Assembly: GCA_017434775.1 (NCBI GenBank)
Contig: JAFSGG010000042.1
Coordinates: 60,837 to 124,836, forward strand
DNA: 64,000 nt
Direction of reading: 5' to 3'
Source: Clostridia bacterium
GTDB taxonomy: Bacteria; Bacillota; Clostridia; Christensenellales; Aristaeellaceae
Shown: positions 60,657 to 64,000 of the stretch, piece after piece
How the letters are laid out: each line of letters opens with the position of its first letter
Numbering within the stretch: position 1 is the stretch's first letter
Program-made: the position numbers and the translations under genes
The notes under the pieces: model-generated
What the model was told of the DNA's origin: nothing
What the model saw: the letters and a program-made list of their open reading frames with translations, nothing else
The model's database searches: none

Positions 60657-62141
60657 ATGGCACAGATTATGATAAAAAACCTGAACTTTGCCTACGAAGG
60701 ATCAGCAGACATCGTATTTGAGAATGCAAATATCAATCTGGATACCGATTGGAAATTGGGCCTGATCGGCCGCAACGGCAGAGGAAAAACAACGCTCCTT
60801 CGCCTCATGGCAGGCGAGTTGGATGATGGAGGAGCCATTTCCTCCCCCCTTGCTTTTGACTATTTTCCAATGAAGGTAAATGCTCCCCGCAAAACACCCA
60901 TTCAGCTGGCTGATGATTTTTCGGATGATGGCGAAAGCTGGCGCTTTTATCGGGAGGCTTCCCTGCTGGATCTGGCAGATGAGACATTATCCACCCCATT
61001 TGAGCGGCTTTCCGGCGGTGAACAGGTAAAAGTACTTTTGTCTCTTCTTTTCTCCCGGGATCATCATTTCCTGCTGATTGATGAACCAACAGACCATCTG
61101 GATAAGGAAAGCCGCAAAATTGTTGCAGAATATCTGAACAAAAAGAAGGGCTTTATTCTGGTATCTCATGACCGCTTGTTCCTGGATGCCTGCATTGATC
61201 ATGTTTTGTCCATCAACCGTAATGGGCTGGAACTGCAAAAGGGCAATTACTCTTCCTGGGCGGAAAACAAGGAACGGCAGGATCAATTTGAGCGGGATCA
61301 AAACGAACGATTGAAAAAGGAAATCGGTCATCTGAAGGCTGCTGCGCAAAAAGCCAGTCGCTGGGCAGATAAAGCCGAAAGCAAAAAAATAGGCCCGAGT
61401 GCCGATAGTCATGAACGGCAGAAAAATGCACGTTCTTATTATGGTGAGAAATCACGACGCATGCAGCAACAGCGAAAAAATGTGGAATTACGCATGAACA
61501 CAGCCATTGATGAAAAGCAGGGACTATTGAAAAATATCGAATACAGCGACGATCTGAAACTGCATCCTCTTTTCCAGAATAAAGGCGCCGTTGCAACACT
61601 GGAGGATGTAACGGTTTCTTTTTCCGGAAAAAAGGTGTTGAATCGTTTGTCTTTTTCCGTCCAGCCCGGAGAAATTGTGGCGCTGGAGGGTAAAAACGGC
61701 TGTGGTAAATCCACCGTGATTCGCCTTCTCACCGGTGAAGTAAAACCAGATACCGGGCTTGTGAAGCTGCAAGGCGGCTGTATTCTTTCTTATGTGCCGC
61801 AAAATGCCAGCCCCAGTGGAACAATGAAAGAATTTGTTCAGTACCATGGTATTGATGAAACGCTTTTCAAAACAGTGCTTCGCAAGCTGGATTTCCGACG
61901 AGAACATTTTGAACACGATCTTTCCGAGCTGAGTGTCGGACAGCGAAAAAAAATCATGCTGGCGATGAGTCTGTGTCAGTCCGCTCATCTTTACCTTTGG
62001 GATGAACCGCTGAATTATGTGGATGTGCTATCCAGAATACAGATTGAAAATCTTTTGAAGGAATTCAACCCCACCATGATTCTGGTGGAACATGATGCTG
62101 CGTTTATTCAAAAAACAGCCGCCCGAATTGTCCATCTGTAA
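60657..62141 (+). CDS. ABC-F ribosomal protection-type ATPase, Lsa-like
   Basis: There is no TM domain. Two ABC cassettes (GRNGRGKTTLL...LSGGE...LLIDEPTDHLD; GKNGCGKST...LSVGQ...LWDEPLNYVD) are joined by a long basic linker. The N-terminus resembles Lsa-type proteins (NLNFAY...DTDWKLGLIGRNGRGKTTLLRL). Confidence 0.8.
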   Translation: MAQIMIKNLNFAYEGSADIVFENANINLDTDWKLGLIGRNGRGKTTLLRLMAGELDDGGAISSPLAFDYFPMKVNAPRKTPIQLADDFSDDGESWRFYREASLLDLADETLSTPFERLSGGEQVKVLLSLLFSRDHHFLLIDEPTDHLDKESRKIVAEYLNKKKGFILVSHDRLFLDACIDHVLSINRNGLELQKGNYSSWAENKERQDQFERDQNERLKKEIGHLKAAAQKASRWADKAESKKIGPSADSHERQKNARSYYGEKSRRMQQQRKNVELRMNTAIDEKQGLLKNIEYSDDLKLHPLFQNKGAVATLEDVTVSFSGKKVLNRLSFSVQPGEIVALEGKNGCGKSTVIRLLTGEVKPDTGLVKLQGGCILSYVPQNASPSGTMKEFVQYHGIDETLFKTVLRKLDFRREHFEHDLSELSVGQRKKIMLAMSLCQSAHLYLWDEPLNYVDVLSRIQIENLLKEFNPTMILVEHDAAFIQKTAARIVHL

Positions 62142-62206
62142 TTTCGGGTTTACGAACGATTCTTTTTGCTGTATAATGATTGGGAAGAATAAAGGAGGTA
62201 CATCCT

Positions 62207-63124
62207 GTGAAAAAGACGCAGTTGATCATCATGGCAGCCGGTCTTGGCAGTCGTTTTGGTGGTTTAAAACAAATGGCCCCCGTGGACAAAGAAGGCCACA
62301 TCATCATCGACTATTCAATTTTTGATGCTGTCCGTGCCGGTTTTGATGAAATCATTATCATTGTTAAGCCGGAAAACGAACAGCTGTTCAGAGAAACGAT
62401 TGCTGATCGCATTGGCGATAAAGCAAAGATTGTTTTTGTTCACCAGAAGCCGGATGTTCTGCCTGAAGGGTACGTTATTCCCCAAGGCCGCGTAAAACCC
62501 TGGGGAACCGCTCATGCCGTGCTTTGTGCCAAGGACGCTGTGGATGCTCCTTTCTGCGTTATCAATGCAGATGATTTCTACGGTGCCAAGGCGTTTGAAG
62601 AAATGCATCGGTTCCTTGTGGAAAACGATGATGAAAGCACGCTTTCCATGGTTGGCTATCTGATCCGCAATACATTGACGGAAAACGGTTCCGTTTCCCG
62701 CGGCGTATGCGAAACAGATGATAATGGCGAATACATGACGGCCATTCGTGAACGCACCACCATCATCATGCAGGGCGATGGCGCAGCCTATACAGAAGAC
62801 GGCGGCAACACCTACACCTTCCTTCCCGGTGATACAGCCGTATCCATGAACTGCTGGGGCTTTCCCGCCTCCATTATGCAGGAATTCGTCCAACGCTTCG
62901 AACCGTTCCTGAAAAAGAATTTGCCCGTCAATCCGCTTAAATGCGAATATTTTCTGCCTCTAATTCCAGATCAGTTGATTCAAGAAGGCAAGGCAAAGGT
63001 TCGCCTGCTGAAAACGGATGAAAAATGGTACGGCATCACCTATTCTGCCGATCTTCCTGACGTGCAGAATGCCATTGAAGCAATGAAAGTTCAGGGCAAA
63101 TACCCCAGAGAACTCTGGAAATAA
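62207..63124 (+). CDS. Sugar-phosphate nucleotidyltransferase-family protein
   Basis: N-terminal MAAGLGSRFGG signature. GTG 62207 lies behind AAAGGAGG, with an extended -10 TGTATAAT at 62170-62177. Confidence 0.7.
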   Translation: MKKTQLIIMAAGLGSRFGGLKQMAPVDKEGHIIIDYSIFDAVRAGFDEIIIIVKPENEQLFRETIADRIGDKAKIVFVHQKPDVLPEGYVIPQGRVKPWGTAHAVLCAKDAVDAPFCVINADDFYGAKAFEEMHRFLVENDDESTLSMVGYLIRNTLTENGSVSRGVCETDDNGEYMTAIRERTTIIMQGDGAAYTEDGGNTYTFLPGDTAVSMNCWGFPASIMQEFVQRFEPFLKKNLPVNPLKCEYFLPLIPDQLIQEGKAKVRLLKTDEKWYGITYSADLPDVQNAIEAMKVQGKYPRELWK

Positions 63125-63131
63125 ACCACAC

Positions 63132-63157
63132 AGCACACCTTCGGGTGTGCTTTTTTG
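63132..63157 (+). terminator. Rho-independent terminator
   Basis: Perfect stem AGCACACC-TTCG-GGTGTGCT followed by TTTTT. Confidence 0.85.
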
Positions 63158-63196
63158 ACAGAAAACTACAATTCCATGACAAAGGCAGTTTTGTGC

Positions 63197-63225
63197 TTGA
63201 AAGTGGGCATAAATTGTGCTATCAT
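63197..63225 (+). promoter_or_regulatory. Sigma-A type promoter for the GH94 gene
   Basis: TTGAAA-N17-TATCAT with TG at the extended -10 position. Confidence 0.5.
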
Positions 63226-63290
63226 GTAATCAAATTGGAAAACAGGCGCATTTTTGCGAAGGTTTTCCAAAAATATGAGGAGGTTTCTCT

Positions 63291-64000
63291 ATGCAATACG
63301 GTTATTTCGATGACGCCAAACGGGAATATGTCATCACAAATCCCAATACGCCTGCTCCCTGGGCGAACTATCTGGGCTCCCCCGCCTACGGCGCCATCAT
63401 CACCGTCAATGCAGGCGGTTACAGCTTCGTCAAGTCCGGTGCTGCCGGCCGTATTCTGCGTTATGTGTTCAATCAGTTTGATGAACCCGGCCGCTATGTA
63501 TACCTGCGCGATGAAGAGAACGGCGATTTCTGGTCCGCTTCCTGGCGTCCTGTTGCCAAGCCTCTTGATCAGTATAAGACTGAATGCCATCACGGCACTT
63601 CCTATACCGAATTTGTCAGCGAATACGCCGGCATTGAAAGCAGAGCTCTCTATTACGTTCCCATGGATGCCACCCACGAAGTATGGCGTGTCACCCTGGA
63701 AAACAAATCCGATAAGCCCCGCACCATCAGTGCTTTCGGTTATTGTGAATTTACCTGCGAATCCTTCTACACCCAGGATCAGGTGAACCTGCAGTACACC
63801 CAGTTCATCACCCGCACCGAATTCTGCAACGATTTCATCCTGCAGCACATTAATGAACATTCTCACGTCAATCCTGACGGCACCAACGGCACCGAACGCT
63901 TTTTCGGCGTAGCCGGCCAGCCTGTTGTTTCCTACACCGGCAGCCGTGAAAACTTCCTGGGCCGCAACCGTTTCACCAATCCCCAGGCTGTGGAAGACGG
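63291..64000 (+). CDS. GH94 cellobiose/cellodextrin (or chitobiose) phosphorylase, 3' end beyond window
   Basis: Hand-translated MQYGYFDDAKREYVITNPNTPAPWANYLGS...AGGYSF...GRYVYLRDEENGDFWSASW..., which matches the GH94 N-terminal domain as recalled. GAGGAGG SD. It is absent from the ORF track because no stop falls in the window. Confidence 0.85.
   Translation, partial: MQYGYFDDAKREYVITNPNTPAPWANYLGSPAYGAIITVNAGGYSFVKSGAAGRILRYVFNQFDEPGRYVYLRDEENGDFWSASWRPVAKPLDQYKTECHHGTSYTEFVSEYAGIESRALYYVPMDATHEVWRVTLENKSDKPRTISAFGYCEFTCESFYTQDQVNLQYTQFITRTEFCNDFILQHINEHSHVNPDGTNGTERFFGVAGQPVVSYTGSRENFLGRNRFTNPQAVED

Noticed and set aside
63145-63866. Tracked ORFs 63145-63786 (+) and 63222-63866 (-).
   Set aside because: Both are off-frame relative to the GH94 reading frame, which has an SD and clear family similarity.

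Overview
This is a chromosomal, mostly core-genome window from a spore-forming Firmicute. Gene order is Clostridia-like, the RNase P RNA is type A, and sporulation genes are present.

Gene content, left to right:
- The conserved coaBC-priA-def-fmt-rsmB-rlmN-stp-prkC-rsgA-rpe-rsmA cluster.
- A HAD hydrolase, a membrane protein, tRNA-Leu(UAA) and an overlapping XRE + NlpC/P60 pair.
- yebC and a C39-like peptidase.
- The dgt-dnaG-rpoD-trmK-nif3-COG1579 operon, a second rsgA paralog and rnpB.
- lexA with SOS boxes and a divergent 8-Cys small ORF.
- A tyrosine recombinase, an AT-rich gap, a SAM methyltransferase and topB.
- A 1165-aa SpoIID protein with 8 SH3b modules, two RNA methyltransferases and VanW.
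- ftsH-hpt-tilS and a complete atpIBEFHAGDC operon.
- An AraC regulator, upp, a TIM-barrel isomerase and spoVAA-AB-AC-AD-AE.
- tRNA-Arg(CCG), a GNAT, a MATE transporter, a second SpoIID-SH3b protein and a GH3 hexosaminidase.
- An Lsa-like ABC-F gene with a structured leader, a nucleotidyltransferase, and the 5' part of a GH94 phosphorylase that the ORF track missed.

I see no CRISPR array, IS element, rRNA or recognisable multi-gene defence island, so I cannot point to a clear novel multi-gene system.

The best leads are small or regulatory:
1. An untracked 25-codon SpoVM-like sORF behind a 62-aa membrane protein (41720-42001).
2. A LexA-box-controlled 55-aa eight-cysteine ORF divergent from lexA.
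3. An ABC-F leader with a 3-codon mini-ORF abutting mutually exclusive helices.
4. An ATP synthase c subunit carrying a two-carboxylate Na+-type motif.
5. An AT-rich islet with an orphan promoter-equipped small gene next to the recombinase.

All functional calls rest on motif and family recognition by eye; no searches were run.
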